Source: Prasinococcaceae sp. CCMP 1430 (taxonomy: Eukaryota; Plantae; Prasinodermophyta). From it: a stretch of DNA of 64,000 nt. Positions 1 to 11,800 of this stretch are shown here, piece after piece. The translations under genes and the position numbers were made by a program. The notes under the pieces were generated by a model, which was not told the origin of the DNA, did no database searches, and saw only the letters and a program-made list of their open reading frames with translations. Numbering within the stretch: the stretch's first letter is position 1; every line of letters begins with the position of its first letter. The stretch covers positions 438,941 to 502,940 of the forward strand of contig RQSC01000026.1 of the NCBI GenBank assembly GCA_013416795.1. Direction: 5' to 3'.

Positions 1-446
1 AGGCCGCAGAGGAGGAGAAGATCGAGAGCATGAAGGCCGCTGGCGCCGACGCGCACGACATCAAGCAGCAGCAGAACGTGCTCGGCGAGACTCTCATGAT
101 GATCCCTGACTGCACCACTCGGCTGAGGGGCACGCTCGAGCACACTGAGGACACCATCGTGCGTGCGCGCCTCGCGGCTGCCGCATCGGGGCCGTGCTGG
201 AGCGCGGGAGCGCGAGCGCGCCGGCGGCGCCGCCGCGCGCTGCGTTCGCACGACGGCTGACTCGACGCGCGCGCGCGCGCCCCCGCTCTCGTGCGCGCTC
301 GCCCGCGGCGCCTCGTCGCTCGCCTGGCGATCGGCGACCCGCAGGCCGAGCACGAAGGCGACGTCGATGCTGAGAGCGAGGAGCTCGCCGCCGCAAAGGA
401 GGCCGTCGAAGCTGCCAAGGCCGCCCTAGGGGACGAGGAGGAGTAG
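1..446 (+). CDS. TBCA: Tubulin-specific chaperone A (tubulin folding cofactor A), 3' part; exons <1-158 and 345-446
   Basis: KIESMKAAGADAHDIKQQQNVLGETLMMIPDCTTRL is typical TBCA. GTGCGT donor at 159, GCTGAC at 256-261 and CGCAG acceptor at 344 join in frame to AEHEGDVDAESEELAAAKEAVEAAK...EEE* (TAG 444-446). Confidence 0.9.
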
Positions 447-628
447 TGGACGCGGCGGCGCGAGCGAGCGACCGCCGCGCGAGCTCGGGCAAAATCCGTT
501 TCCGAACATTTTCGCCGCAAGAGCGCTCACGCATGCTGGGGAGCGCGTTGGAGGGGGTGCGCGCAGGCTGGCCGCGCGCGCGGCCCCGCGCGCCGAGCGA
601 GCACGTTCTCGTCCAGGTCGTGTGTTTC

Positions 629-1785
629 TTACGACGATGGATGTCGCCTCTGCGGCCTTTCTGGCACGGGCACGATGCTGTCCGCGTTGCTGTCCTCGCC
701 GGTTATGATGTTGAACGCCTGGCAGCTCTTCTTCTCGTACAGGTTGCGGGCGCGCATGGCGCCGCGGTAGCGCACGCAGTCATCCTGGAACTTGAGCTCC
801 GCGCCCTCGGTGGTGTCGTTGTAGCGTAGTGTGATGGGGTTGTAGTCCACGCTCGACGTGTTGTTTCTGGCGACGTTGCGCTCCTGCAGCCTTCTCGCAG
901 CATCAGCGTCCCGTCTGGCCTCGTCCTGCGGCGCGAGCGCGTGCACGGCGGGCGCGCGCTCGAGTCAGTACCGCTGCTCCCTCTGACAGGCTGCCACTTT
1001 CGTAATCGCCGTAAAAGGCGCGCGCACACACACGTGCGTGCGCGCACACCGAGCAGCCGCAGCGATGCCGCGGACGACCCGTGGGCGAGCCGCCGAGTGC
1101 GTGCGGCGCGCGCGAGCACGGAGTGGGAGAGCCCGCGCATCGACCTCAAGGCCGCGGACGAAATCGCACGCGTTCGCACCCCGCATCCTCCTCACCTGCC
1201 GCGCTTGATAGCGTGCCTGCTCTCTGTTGTAAGTGTCTTGACGCTTGCGCGCGTACTTGATCTGTCTGTCGAGCATGCGGCCGATGTTCTCGGCGTGCTC
1301 GACCTTGGCCATGTCCCGCGTGAAGCGCTCGCGATCGTCCATGTACGACAGCGACTCCTCATCAGGCCTCACGGGATCCTGGTGCACCTCGGCGCGCCAG
1401 TGTGATTCTCGCCGCGATGCGAGGCGCGTCTGCGGGTGGGGTGGGAAGAGGGAGTGCGCATGCAGCCGGTCAAGAAGCGCCAGGGGTGGGACGCGGGTCA
1501 GCGAGTCGGTGTTGCAAACACCAGTTGTGCGGGTGAAGCCGGGAGGCGCGATGCGTGTCGCGTCGCGAGCATGGGTGCCAGGGCGGACGTGACTACGGGC
1601 GGGCGCACCTTCTCAAGTGAGTCCTTGTTCGCTGGCCGCTTGAACGACTCGCGTGTGCGCTCAATGGGCTGGGTGCCGACGAACGGGTAGCCAAACGGCG
1701 GCGGTGGAGGGCGCTGCCGCCGCTGCGGCAGGAAGTCACCGTGCGGACTCGATGACCGCTCCGAGGGCGCACCCCGGCGGCTCAT
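629..1785 (-). CDS. Uncharacterised coiled-coil protein with YNPITL/FNIITGE motifs; 3 exons (1785-1609, 1429-1196, 925-629)
   Basis: Three ORF segments are joined in phase 0 by canonical GT-AG introns, each with a CTGAC branch site. The spliced product is coherent: MSRRGAPSER...SLSYMDDRERF...DYNPITLRYNDTTEGAELKFQDDCVRYR...FNIITGED. Confidence 0.75.
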
Positions 1786-1986
1786 GGCGCCACCGCACGC
1801 TGCCGCCGCCGCCTCTGCCTCTGCCACGCGCCGTGCGTGCTGGCACTCCCGCGGCGCCGCGGCGTCGCGGCGCTGCTGCGCGCAGCGCGAGGCGCGAGGC
1901 GCAGAGTGCCAGGCAGTCCCCAGCCCCCCCCCCCTCCCCCTGCTAGAGCGCGCCTCTCTCGCACGTGCGCGTTCTGCCGCGCGCCC

Positions 1987-2033
1987 AGCCAACCGACCAA
2001 CCACCCAACCAACCAACCAACAAACCAACCAAC
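1987..2033 (+). repeat. Imperfect (CCAA)n microsatellite
   Basis: ccaaccgaccaaccacccaaccaaccaaccaacaaaccaaccaacc. Confidence 0.8.
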
Positions 2034-2390
2034 CTCACCCTCGCTCTCACCCCGCCGCAACTCTCCACCCCCTTCACCCCCTAGCTGCCCGCCTGCCCAC
2101 GCCCACGCGCGCGCGTGTGTGCCCGCGCACACACCCACGCACGCGTGCGTGCGCGCGCTCTGGTTCATACCCGCGTCAGCCTGCTGACACCACCCCGCGC
2201 ATCGCATGCTCCGCGCTGCCAGCCGCATCGGCTTGTATCGATGCTTGCATGTGCACGTACAGTACAGTCCCCAACCCCAACCCCGGACACCGCCGCGAGC
2301 ACTGAATACCACGTCATCACGACGTCGTATGTAAACCCTCATACTTACCTCAATACAGCCGCACACGCAGCAAAGCACGGCACAGGAGAG

Positions 2391-2916
2391 GGCCGTTGGG
2401 AGGGACCGGGCAGCGCCGGCTGCCCGCGCGCGCCCACGGGCGACAATTTTTTCCGGATTCCGTACAAAGCGCGCATTCCCAGATAATTCCATGGAATCCG
2501 TGGAATCCATGACGTCAGAACGCAACTGAGGACGGGAGCCGCCGTCCGTGGGTGGTCGCGGAGCGGCAGTCGTCGCGCTCCGCTCCGCGCGATTTTTGTC
2601 TCTTTTTTTTTCCCATCGCTTCCAGGCATGGCCGAAGAAGTGCGTCGCCGGCCTCACCGACCGCCTTTTTTTTTTTTTTTTTGGCGCCGCGCCCGCAGCG
2701 GCGCGCGCATGTTTTTTTCGCGCGCGCCGCGCGCGCGACATTTTCCGCGTACAATTTTGTATTCCGACCGTTGGTTGGTTGGTCGGGGGCATCGCGCGCG
2801 TCGGAGGTCAAACAATATGTGGTGCGCGCGCCCGCCGCGGGCCGAACCGACGGACAGGCGCGCATTTCGGTGCGCGCGCGCCGCAGGGTGGGGCGCGCAG
2901 AGGGAGCGTGTTTGAA
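2391..2916. promoter_or_regulatory. Candidate mitotic promoter elements upstream of NUF2 (MSA-like AACGG x2, CHR-like TTTGAA, E2F-like TTTGGCGC/TTTCGCGC)
   Basis: ggccgttgg 2391-2399 and gaccgttgg 2766-2774 (both CCAACGG on the - strand), TTTGAA at 2911-2916, and T-tract-GGCGC/CGCGC at about 2680 and 2716. Confidence 0.35.
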
Positions 2917-3058
2917 AGCGTCGCCCGGGCGGACGCGCGCCACCCGGGGGGGCGAACGCGTGGGTGGGGTGGGGGTGGGGGTGGGGGCGGCACACCGCGC
3001 GCGGCGCAGCGACGCGGTGGCGCGGCGCGCGTGCGCGAGCGCCGCAGCGAGCGCCGCG

Positions 3059-4417
3059 ATGACGCCCAGCGCCGCGTACTCCTTTCCGGTGCTCTCCAAC
3101 GCGGAGATCCTTGCCTGCCTGGCGGAGCTGGATGTGCCCGCCGATGAGGCCGCGCTGACCAGGCCCACGGCCGAGACGGTGCGCCCCATGATGGAGGCGC
3201 TCGTGCACCTGCTCGCGGGCACGTCTCGCGAGGAGCTCGCGACGCCCAGCGCGGACGCTATGGACGTCCTCGAGTTCCCCGAGTTGCACGAAGACAGTAT
3301 CCCGCGCCAGGCGTTCTCGCGCGCGCTTCTGAGCCTCATGCGCGCTGCGGGCGTGCCGGACTTCTCGGTACGCGAGCTGGTGAAGCCAGACTACCAGCGG
3401 CTGCGCCGTTCACTCTCGGCGGTCATCAACTTCGCGAAGTTTCGCGAGGAGTCGCTCGCCTCGTATCAGGAGCTGCAGGAGAGCAGCGAAGGCGTCGAGC
3501 AGCGCCGCGCCCAGCTGCGCGCCGAGGCGGAGGCGCTGGCAGAGCGCCGCCGCGCGCAGCTCGACGCGCGGAGGGCCGAGGAGGCCGACGTCGAGGCGGT
3601 CCAGGCCCAGTGCGATGAGCTGGCGGCCAAGGTGGCCGCGATGAACAAGGCGCAGGCCAAGCTGCAGGGGGAGGTGCGCGCGCTCAAGGCGCAGGGAGTG
3701 GACGCGGCGGACAGGCTGAAGGCGGACAAGGCTGCGTTGGAGGAGGCCGCCAGCACCCAGAGTGAGCTCGAGTCCCAGATTGTGACGAGCCCTGAGAAGC
3801 TGAAGGCGGAGCTGGAGAAGCTCGCGCAGAAGGCCGACGAGGAGCGTGCGGGGACGGCAGAAGCGCATGAGCGCGCCAAGGCGCTTCACCTGCAGCTCGA
3901 AGCCCTCTCGCGGGCCGAGGAGGACATCGCCAAGGCGGTGCAGGCCATGGACGAGGCGCAGGCGGAGGTGAGCCGCCACAAGGGCGTGGCGCGCCAGGTG
4001 AAGGACGTCAAAGCTGCCCTCAAGGTCGCGGAGGACGAGAGCTGGGAGCTTGAGGCGGAGGAGCAGCAGCTTGGCCGTCAGCACGCCAGCACCACCGACA
4101 AACTGCAGCGCCTGGAGAATGCTGCGAGCGTGAAGCGTGACCAGGCAGCGGCGTACGTCGTGTCCATGGAGGAGGCCAAGGCGGCTGCGGAGGCGAGCAT
4201 CGCCAAGGACAAGGCGCGCGTGGCCGCCGCCGAGCAGGCCGCAGTCGAGGCGCGCCACGCGGCCGCGCAACTGGTCGCCGAGCACGCGGAGGACATGGAG
4301 GCCATCGTGGCCAAGTATGACACGCTGCGTGGCCAGGTCGACGCCTACCACGCCAGCCTCGCCGAGGCCATGCGCAGCGCGCCCGTGGCTGCGACGCCCG
4401 CGTCGGTTGGCGCGTAG
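3059..4417 (+). CDS. NUF2: Kinetochore protein Nuf2 (NDC80 complex)
   Basis: N-terminal YSFPVLSNAEILACL...DFSVRELVKPDYQRLRRSLSAVINFAKFRE is the Nuf2 CH domain, followed by a long coiled coil. Single exon from ATG 3059. Confidence 0.93.
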   Translation: MTPSAAYSFPVLSNAEILACLAELDVPADEAALTRPTAETVRPMMEALVHLLAGTSREELATPSADAMDVLEFPELHEDSIPRQAFSRALLSLMRAAGVPDFSVRELVKPDYQRLRRSLSAVINFAKFREESLASYQELQESSEGVEQRRAQLRAEAEALAERRRAQLDARRAEEADVEAVQAQCDELAAKVAAMNKAQAKLQGEVRALKAQGVDAADRLKADKAALEEAASTQSELESQIVTSPEKLKAELEKLAQKADEERAGTAEAHERAKALHLQLEALSRAEEDIAKAVQAMDEAQAEVSRHKGVARQVKDVKAALKVAEDESWELEAEEQQLGRQHASTTDKLQRLENAASVKRDQAAAYVVSMEEAKAAAEASIAKDKARVAAAEQAAVEARHAAAQLVAEHAEDMEAIVAKYDTLRGQVDAYHASLAEAMRSAPVAATPASVGA

Positions 4418-4619
4418 GAAGGAGGCGCCTGCTCGCAGAGTAGAAGACAGCGTGCGCAGTGGCCGAAAAGCCCACCGCCACCCCTGCGTTACTGATACTG
4501 CACCGTAGCAGACGTAAGGCCATCTGTGACATATCAACAAGGGGGTGCGCCCGCAGCAGGCGGGTGCTCGCGGTCGAGCGGCGCTGCGCTCAGAACGGTC
4601 TGCTCGCCCGGCCGGAAGC

Positions 4620-6095
4620 CTACTGGGACCGCCTCACCGTGCAGGTACGGCCGTGTCCCGCTCGCACACCTCCAAGCGTCGCGATAGAGCTTCGGCCACA
4701 GCCCCTGTGGGAATGCAGTCGCGCGGGGTCGCGCGTGTTAGTAAGAGCTTGCACGTCGCACTGTGTGCGCCCCTGCACGTCCGCGCGCGTAGAGCCGGAG
4801 CATTGAGCGAGGAGGTGATGGAGGGCACCGGAAGGCAGCGACGGCGCGCAGCGACCGGCATTGCGCACCTCGGAAGAGTGGCCACCGTGCGCAATGCCCT
4901 CACCGCCCGCGAGAAACTCCTCCGCTGACATCCAACGCGCGCCCTCGAGCTCCGTTTCGCATGGCGAGACAGGCGGCGGCGCCAGCGCGCTGCCCGCGGC
5001 ACTTGGCTCGGGCTGGGCCCTTAGTACGCACAGAAAGAACATGTCGTCCTTTTGCGCGACATGCGTGCCCAGCGCACGGCGCATCGCCACCACGCCCTCG
5101 AAATGCGCGCGCACCCCTGTCTCCTCAAACACCTCGCGCGCAGCCGCTGCATCGACCTCCTCGTTGAGCTTTGCGCGTGCGCATGCGTCAGGGACAGGCG
5201 TGACGACGCACGCGCGGAGGGCGGGCGTGGCATGTACAGGCGGGCGAGCGCTCCCGCACCTCGGCGAGACCCGTCACCAGCTTCCAGCCACGACCGGCCG
5301 CTGGACCACGCCGCTCGCGAACGACGAGCACGCTGTCCTCGCACACGACCAGCGCGCCCACGCCCACGTGCGAGCTGGCGGCGGGCGGGAGCGTGTTGAC
5401 CTCGCCCTCGGGCAGCCAGCGCGACATCATGACAAAGTCTGCAGTCGTGTCGGGCGCAAAGTTGCCGTAGGTTCCCGTTGCTTGCGCGTCAGTACAGCTT
5501 CCTCGCGGGTGCAAGCGAGACAGGTGGGCAACACGAGCAAGCGCTAGCTAGACGAGCGCGAGCTGCGCAATTTGGTCGCACGTGTCGTGTCTCCGCAGGC
5601 GTGCGCGCGCACGCACCGCGCTCAGCGTGGTGGAAGGCGAAGGCGCGCTCAGCGGCGACAGGCACGAGCGCGGCGTGCTCGAGGCCAATGCGAAGCCACG
5701 CACCGCGCACAGCCTCGCGCTTCCACGCGCTCAGGCTAGCGTCGAGCGCCGCGCCGAAGGTCGCAGCGTCGGCAGCCAGCGCGCCTGCAGCGGATACATC
5801 CACCGTCACGCCGCCATACGCGTCGGCTGTCGCTGGCAGCTCGGAGCCCTGCGTTGGTGCAGCAGATTGAGTTGCTGCAGAACCGAGGTGGTGATTGTGT
5901 TGCGCGACGGGGTCGAGTCAGAGAAAGGGGGCGAGGGAGCGAGCGGCGTGCACGATGTGCGTAGAGTGCGGTCTCCGCGTGCTTGCATGCGTGCACATTC
6001 GCACCAGTTGCTGCGCGCGCGAGCGCACCCGCACCAGCACCTGCGCCCACCGCCGCCACCGCAACCACGCCGCCGCCGCCGCCGCCGCTGCCCAT
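4620..6095 (-). CDS. Nudix hydrolase with pre-Nudix domain (NUDT6/AtNUDX2-like); multi-exon, start uncertain
   Basis: DAYGGVTVD...LSAWKREAVRGAWLRI...FAFHHAE (pre-Nudix), VMMSRWLP...SHVGVGALV, and a Nudix box GLAE|LNEEVDAAAAREVFEETGV split by intron 5169-5259. Intron 5439-5616 also fits in phase. Confidence 0.88.
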
Positions 6096-6655
6096 CGCCG
6101 CTGCTGCCGCTGCGCCGCTCGCGCGCCCCCCCCCGCCACGCCGCCCTGTTGCCCCCGCTGCCGCGCGCCCCAGAGCGCGTGCGAGGAGCATGCGCCCGTC
6201 CGTCACCACGCGCCGCGCTCGCACTGTGGGGCGCGCACTCTCGCGCATGTGTGTGGTCCACGCGCGCACACGCGCGCCCACCGCGAGTGGATCGAATGAC
6301 CAGGTTACCCCAAGCATGTACCCGAAATTGGAAATCTGTTTTCCCCGGTGATTCTGCGTTTCAGACCCGGTCTGCGCTTGTTGTGAATTGACGGTTGTGT
6401 CGGGGCGTTGAGGCGAACGGACTTGTGGCCACCAACATCAACAGCTGCCACGCGTGCACAGGGCAGGGGCGGCACAGGCGCAGGGCACGCGAGCGCAGTA
6501 GGCACGAGGGCAGCGGGTACGGGCGCACGCCGGAGCGTTGATGCATTGTGTTTACGATACATGCTGTAGGCAATGCCAAAATGAATAGAGTGCGCGCGGG
6601 TGGGGGAGGAGAACCGCCTCCTGAGCCGAGCCGGCTCGGCGTTGCGGCGCTCCAC

Positions 6656-9449
6656 TCAAGCCGCCACCGCCGCGAGTTGCGGCTCCGCGCCGATCGCCTG
6701 CTGCGCCTGCGCCGCCCCGCGCTGCCGCGCTCTCCGCACGACGACCGCCAGCGGCGCAACGAGCGCGTCGCACACGCTGCTCAAAACGAGGCGTGCGCCG
6801 AGCAAGCCCAGCCGTAGCAGCCGCACTGCACCCGCCGGCGTGCTCATCAGCCGGCGTAGGTGCCCCCAAAGCAGCACGCGCGCCACGCGCTTCACCCAAT
6901 AGGGGCGAATGCGCGGATTGCCGCCGAGCTGGTAAATTTGCCGCCCCTGCTCGTCGTACTGCACCTCTGAGCTGCCACCGGAGCCACCGCTCGCATCAGC
7001 CTGCGCGTTGCCTGCCTCATGCACGCTGGCCGACCCGCCTTTCGTGTTGGCGCCCGCGCCATCCCGCCGCCGCAGGCCGAGCGCGCAGAGCACCGCCCTA
7101 CACATCCCCTCCATGGCCCGCTGCACCACCTGCTGCGGCCGGGTGCGGAAGAGCGCCACGAGCAGCTCATTGGGCGGCGCGAGCACTGTGTCGGCGAGCG
7201 AGGCCGAGTTGGCGTCGTAAATGATACGCCTCAGGGCCTTGCCCTCCCGCGCGCTCAGCAACTCGGCGCCGAGGTCACCCGCCCAGCCGCTCGCGGCGTC
7301 GAGGCTCGCCTCTGCCGTGTCGGTGTCATAATTCGACAGGGCAACCGCTGGAGCGTCCGCAGCGTCGGCGCCCCGCCCCGCCACGACCACCTCCTGCGTC
7401 GCGGGGGCTTCCACGGCCATTGCGAGCAGGCGCTCCCACTGAACGCGCCCGTTGTCGTCCACCAGCACCTTGCGCAGGACTTCGCGCCCGCTCGGCGTGC
7501 GCGGGCTGAGCGCGCGCCGCAGCGCGTGGGGGAATCCGGCCTCGTACATGTTGCACGGTGGGTCCAGCCGCTGCGCGAAGCCGTCGAGCGTCGTCAACGA
7601 CCGAATGATGAGCACGAGGTAAGGCGGGAGCGCCACCCGGTACTTCAGCGCCAGGTTGGCCAGCGCGTCGACAATATCGCTGAACGCCGACATGCCCGCG
7701 CCGCCAGTTTTCGCGAGCATCTCCTTTTCGAACGCCTCGAGGTACTCTGGGAAGGGGATCTCCTTCCACTTGCCCGGCCCCAGCCCAGTCGTAGCGCCCC
7801 CGTTGTCGTCGACCCAAATGGCCGGCTTCTCGAGCAGCTCTAGCTCGCGGAAGTCCTCGATGAGCGCGCGCCAGTTCTCCGCCAGCACGTGCAGGATGCT
7901 GTTGGCGATGGCCTCCTGCTTGGTGTCGTCGACTAGGCTGATGAGCCCGAAATCGAGCAGCGCGAGCCTGCCGTCCGGGGTGAAGAGCATGTTGCCCTCG
8001 TGCGGGTCGGCGTGGATGACGCCAGTGCGCATGAGCTGCGCTGCCGAGCAGTCTACGCCCATGCGGATCATGGTGGCCTGGTCCTGCGAGGGGATCTCAG
8101 CCAGTTTGCGCCCGTCGATCCACTGCGACGTGAGCACCTTGCGCGTACTCAGCGAGTCAACGGCGAGCGGCACGCACACGAACGGCTGGAAGGCGTGCAG
8201 CTCGGCGAACAGCGCCGCGTTGGCCGCCTCCTGTCGGTAGTCCAGCTCACGGAAGAGGCCGCTGCCGACCTCGTCCGCGATCAGCTTCATGTCTGTCTCT
8301 GCCTTCCAGTAACTCTGGAGCCACCTCAGAAACTCGCGCAGGATGTGCATGTCTAGCGCGATTTGGTACGTCACGCCCGGGCGCTGCACTTTGACGGCGA
8401 CGTCCTGCCCGTCGGCGGTCACGCCGCGGTAGACCTGCCCAAGCGACGCAGCCGCGATGGGCTCCTCCGCGAGCTCGCGGAACGGCGCGCCGGTCCCTGC
8501 CGCGCCCGCGATGGGCGCACCAGGCGAGAGGCCGAGCTCGTCGCGCAGCGTCGCGCGCGCGACGTCGCTCGGGAAGGGCGTCATCGCGTCCTGCAGAACC
8601 GCCAGCGCCTCGGCGGCCTCCTCGCCGACGAGGTCTGGCCGCCCACTGAGCGTCTGTCCAATCTTCACAAACACCGGGCCGAGCTGCTGCAGCCCCTGGC
8701 GCAGCACCGCGCCCCGCCGCTCGTCGCCCAGCGTCCAGCACACGTACACGCGCGCGGCGATCGTCGACAGGCGCAGCACGCGCGTGCCCACGTCGTATGG
8801 CCGCGCCTGCGAGTGGCGGCGGGCGGTAGGCGCGAGCGCGGGAGCGTCAGTGGATGCGCGAAGGGGAAAGCAGAGGGGGGTGGATGTCAACCACAGGAGG
8901 CCTCGTGGGAGCGCATGCGCGCGAGCGGGCGGGCGCATATTCTCTCTCACACACGCAGAAATGCACTCTCTCCCTCTGTGCGCGCGTGTGTGTGTGTGTG
9001 TCACAGGTACGAGAGAGCGAGCGCGAGAGCGGAAGCGATGAGGCAGCGCTCACCGCTAGGGTGAGCGCCCCACGGCGTGTGTCCCGCGCGGCTGGTACAC
9101 GGACCTCGAAGTACGCGAAGACGTCGCTCATAACCTCGCCGTATTCTGTGTGGCCGCCCTCCTCGAGCGCGCGCTCGAGCGCAACGGACGCGCGTGCCGC
9201 TGCCGCCGTCTTCGCCGGAGCGAGCCGGCGCGTGTCGCCCACGGGCCCCTTGTCGCCAGCGCCACCGCCGCTGCTGCTGCCGCCGCTGCCGCTGCTGCTG
9301 CTGACAGCGGTGGCGACGGAGCGCTCGGCCGTAACGGCGCGCACCGCGTCATCTTTTGCTCGCGACGACGCACAAGTGGCCCACCGCCGCCCCCTGCGGC
9401 GCGCCGCGCGCGCCGGCGCAGCCTTCGCCGGCTGGCGCGTTTGGCACAT
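6656..9449 (-). CDS. ABC1/UbiB atypical kinase (ABC1K family), probably plastid-targeted; exons 9449-9105 and 8806-6656
   Basis: LGPVFVKIGQTLSGRPDL, PIAAASLGQVY, VAVKVQRP, ELDYRQEA, HADPHEGN and LDFG motifs. Ala/Arg/Ser-rich N-terminus. Phase-0 intron 8807-9104. Confidence 0.92.
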
Positions 9450-9971
9450 ATAGCAAAAAAAAAAAAAAAAGACGCTCCGTTCGGAACCCGCCAAATCCAC
9501 GCGCGGATCGCCATATCAAATCTCACACGTACCGTAGTCGGAATCCATGTCTTGTTCGCCATCTCTCGCGAATCCTCGGCGGCACACACGACGAGCCTCG
9601 CCGCACCTTGCGCGGGGTTATCTGATCCACGCGGTGACGGAGATCGAGATCTCCTTCTGGTGGTGGACGGCACGGACGGGCACGGCACTCGGTCGGCGTT
9701 GACGCGAGCTGCGCGGCGTCGCCCATCACGGCAGCGAGGCTGACGCAGGAAGGGGTGGCCCGGGGCGGACCCAGACACGGGGACCGCGGGCGCGTGAGTG
9801 TGTCGAGCGCGCCCGCGCTGTGCCCATGCCGGAGATATTTTCACGCGCCCATTTTCGAGGCATTTTTTTCGAGGCCGCCTGGCATCGCGCGCGCATTTCG
9901 GTGGCATTTTTTTTAGAAAAAAAATACAGAAACTGCGGAAACGGTCTCTCCGTGTGTGGTCCGTCGGTTGG

Positions 9972-10774
9972 GTGGTGGTGCTGGAAGTCAAGACCATCGA
10001 GGGGCTTGGCACCACCTGTGACGTCATCCTCGTCAACGGCCGCATCAAGGAGGGCGACACCGTGGTCGTGTGTGGCTTGCAGGGCGCCATCGTCACACAG
10101 GTGCGCGCCGTCCTCACGCCGCACCCAATGAAGGAGATGCGCGTGAAGGGCAGCTACCAACACCACAAGCAGATCGAAGGCGCCATCGGCGTCAAGCTCG
10201 CGGCCAACAACCTGGAGAGCGCGCTCGCGGGCACGCAGCTGTACGTGCTGGGCTCCCAGGACTCGGAGGAGGAGCTGCGCGACACGGTCGAGAACGAGAT
10301 GAGCTCCGTGCTCGAGGGCGTGGACAAGACCGCCGACGGCGTGTGCGTGCAGGCGTCGACGCTTGGCTCGCTGGAGGCACTTCTGGAGTTCCTGGGCTCG
10401 GACGACGTGCAGATTCCCGTGTGCGGCGTCAACATCGGCCCAATCTCGAAGAAGGACGTCATGCGCGCGAGCATGATGGCCACGCGCGGCTTGCCGGAGT
10501 TCGCTGTGATCCTGGCGTTCGACATCGAGGTGAAGAAGGACGCGCGCGAGCTGGCAAAGGAGATGGGCGTGCGCATCATGACCGCGGACATCATCTACCA
10601 CCTGTTCGACCAGTTTTCGGCCTACATGAAGGAGGTGAAGGCGCAGAAGAAGAAGGAGACGCTGCGTGACGCGGCCTTCCCCTGCGTGCTGCGCATCCTG
10701 CCTTCGTGTGTCTTTACGCGCAAGGACCCCATCGTGGTGGGAGTGGACGTCATCGACGGCATAGCGCGCATCGG
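9972..10774 (+). CDS. eIF5B: Eukaryotic translation initiation factor 5B, internal fragment (domains II-IV; no GTPase domain in window; cut by N at 10775)
   Basis: VLEVKTIEGLGTTCDVILVNG, LTPHPMKEMRVK, GVCVQASTLGSLEALLEFL, ADIIYHLFD and FPCVLRIL..KDPIVVGVDV are eIF5B hallmarks. Confidence 0.88.
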
Positions 10775-10775
10775 N

Positions 10776-11800
10776 CGACCGCGGCGCGGGCCGCCGCGCG
10801 GACGCGCGACAAGGGCACTGAGGCGAGGGCGCCCGTCGTGACGAAGGCGGCGGCGGCACAGGCCGTGGAGAGCAAGCACGACAAGGGGACCGAGGCGCGC
10901 GCGCCTGCTGCCACCAAGGCCGCGTCCGCCCAGGCCGCCGAGCCGATGCGCGACCAGGCGACGGTGCCGCACGTCGCCGCGACGCACGACAAGGCGACTT
11001 CGGCCGAGTCGTCGAGCGCCGTCGAGACGTCGCACAAGACGACGCAAGCCGCCGACTCGATGGCGGCCGCCTCGGGCACCAAGACACAGGCGCGCGTGCA
11101 GAACGAGACGACCGACCCGCCCACCGTTGCCTGCGAAGTCGAGGAGGCGGAAGGGGGGGACTGGGTGAAGCTGCTCAATGCTGGCGAGAGCGCAGCGCGC
11201 CGCGCGCGCACGAGGGAGCTCGAGGGCCACCGCAAGGGGTGCGCCCGCGCGCCTGCGTTCGCGTGGTTCCAGCTCATGCTCGTGCTGGGCAGCGCTGCGT
11301 GCCTGGTGCTGCATCAGCGCAGCGAGCATGCCCTGCGCGAGCTCGAGGACATGCGCACGCGCGCGGCGGAGGCGCGCATGCATGAGTGCGTAGCGAGCGC
11401 GCCTTTCATGCTGCCGGCAAATCTGAGCGCCAGCGAGGAGGCCGCCCTGCACTGGAGCAACGCGGCGCGCAGCGTCGCCGCTGCGATCGCGCCCACCGCG
11501 GCTGCAGCTTCAGAGGCTGCCCAGCAGGTCCGCGAGCAGGCCGGCAAGGAGGTGCGCTCGGCGCTCGGCTGCCCGCGGAGCATCGCCCATGGCCACAAAG
11601 AGCGCAGCGAGGAGTGCAGGTCGCTGCGGACTGTCGCTCTCTCGGCGACGCTAGGCCTCGCCGGCTGGGCGGTGGGAGTGCCTTTCGTGCCAGGGCCGCT
11701 CGACAACCTCGTTCTCGGCGCGGCCGGCGTGGCCTGGCCGATGCTCAGGGCCGCGCGCGAGGGTGGCGCTGGCGCAGCAGGCGCACAAAAGGAGGCGTGA
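10776..11800 (+). CDS. Uncharacterised membrane protein, 3' portion (5' end lost at N)
   Basis: Open frame to TGA 11800, with hydrophobic segments (AFAWFQLMLVLGSAACLVL; VALSATLGLAGWAVGVPFV; LVLGAAGVAWPML) and an imperfect 24-aa repeat (DKGTEARAP..TKAA.AQA.E at 10808 and 10880). Confidence 0.55.

Noticed and set aside
2341-2351. ATACTTACCT, identical to the U1 snRNA 5' end
   Set aside because: No U1 stem-loops or Sm site follow. It is better explained as a minus-strand splice donor.
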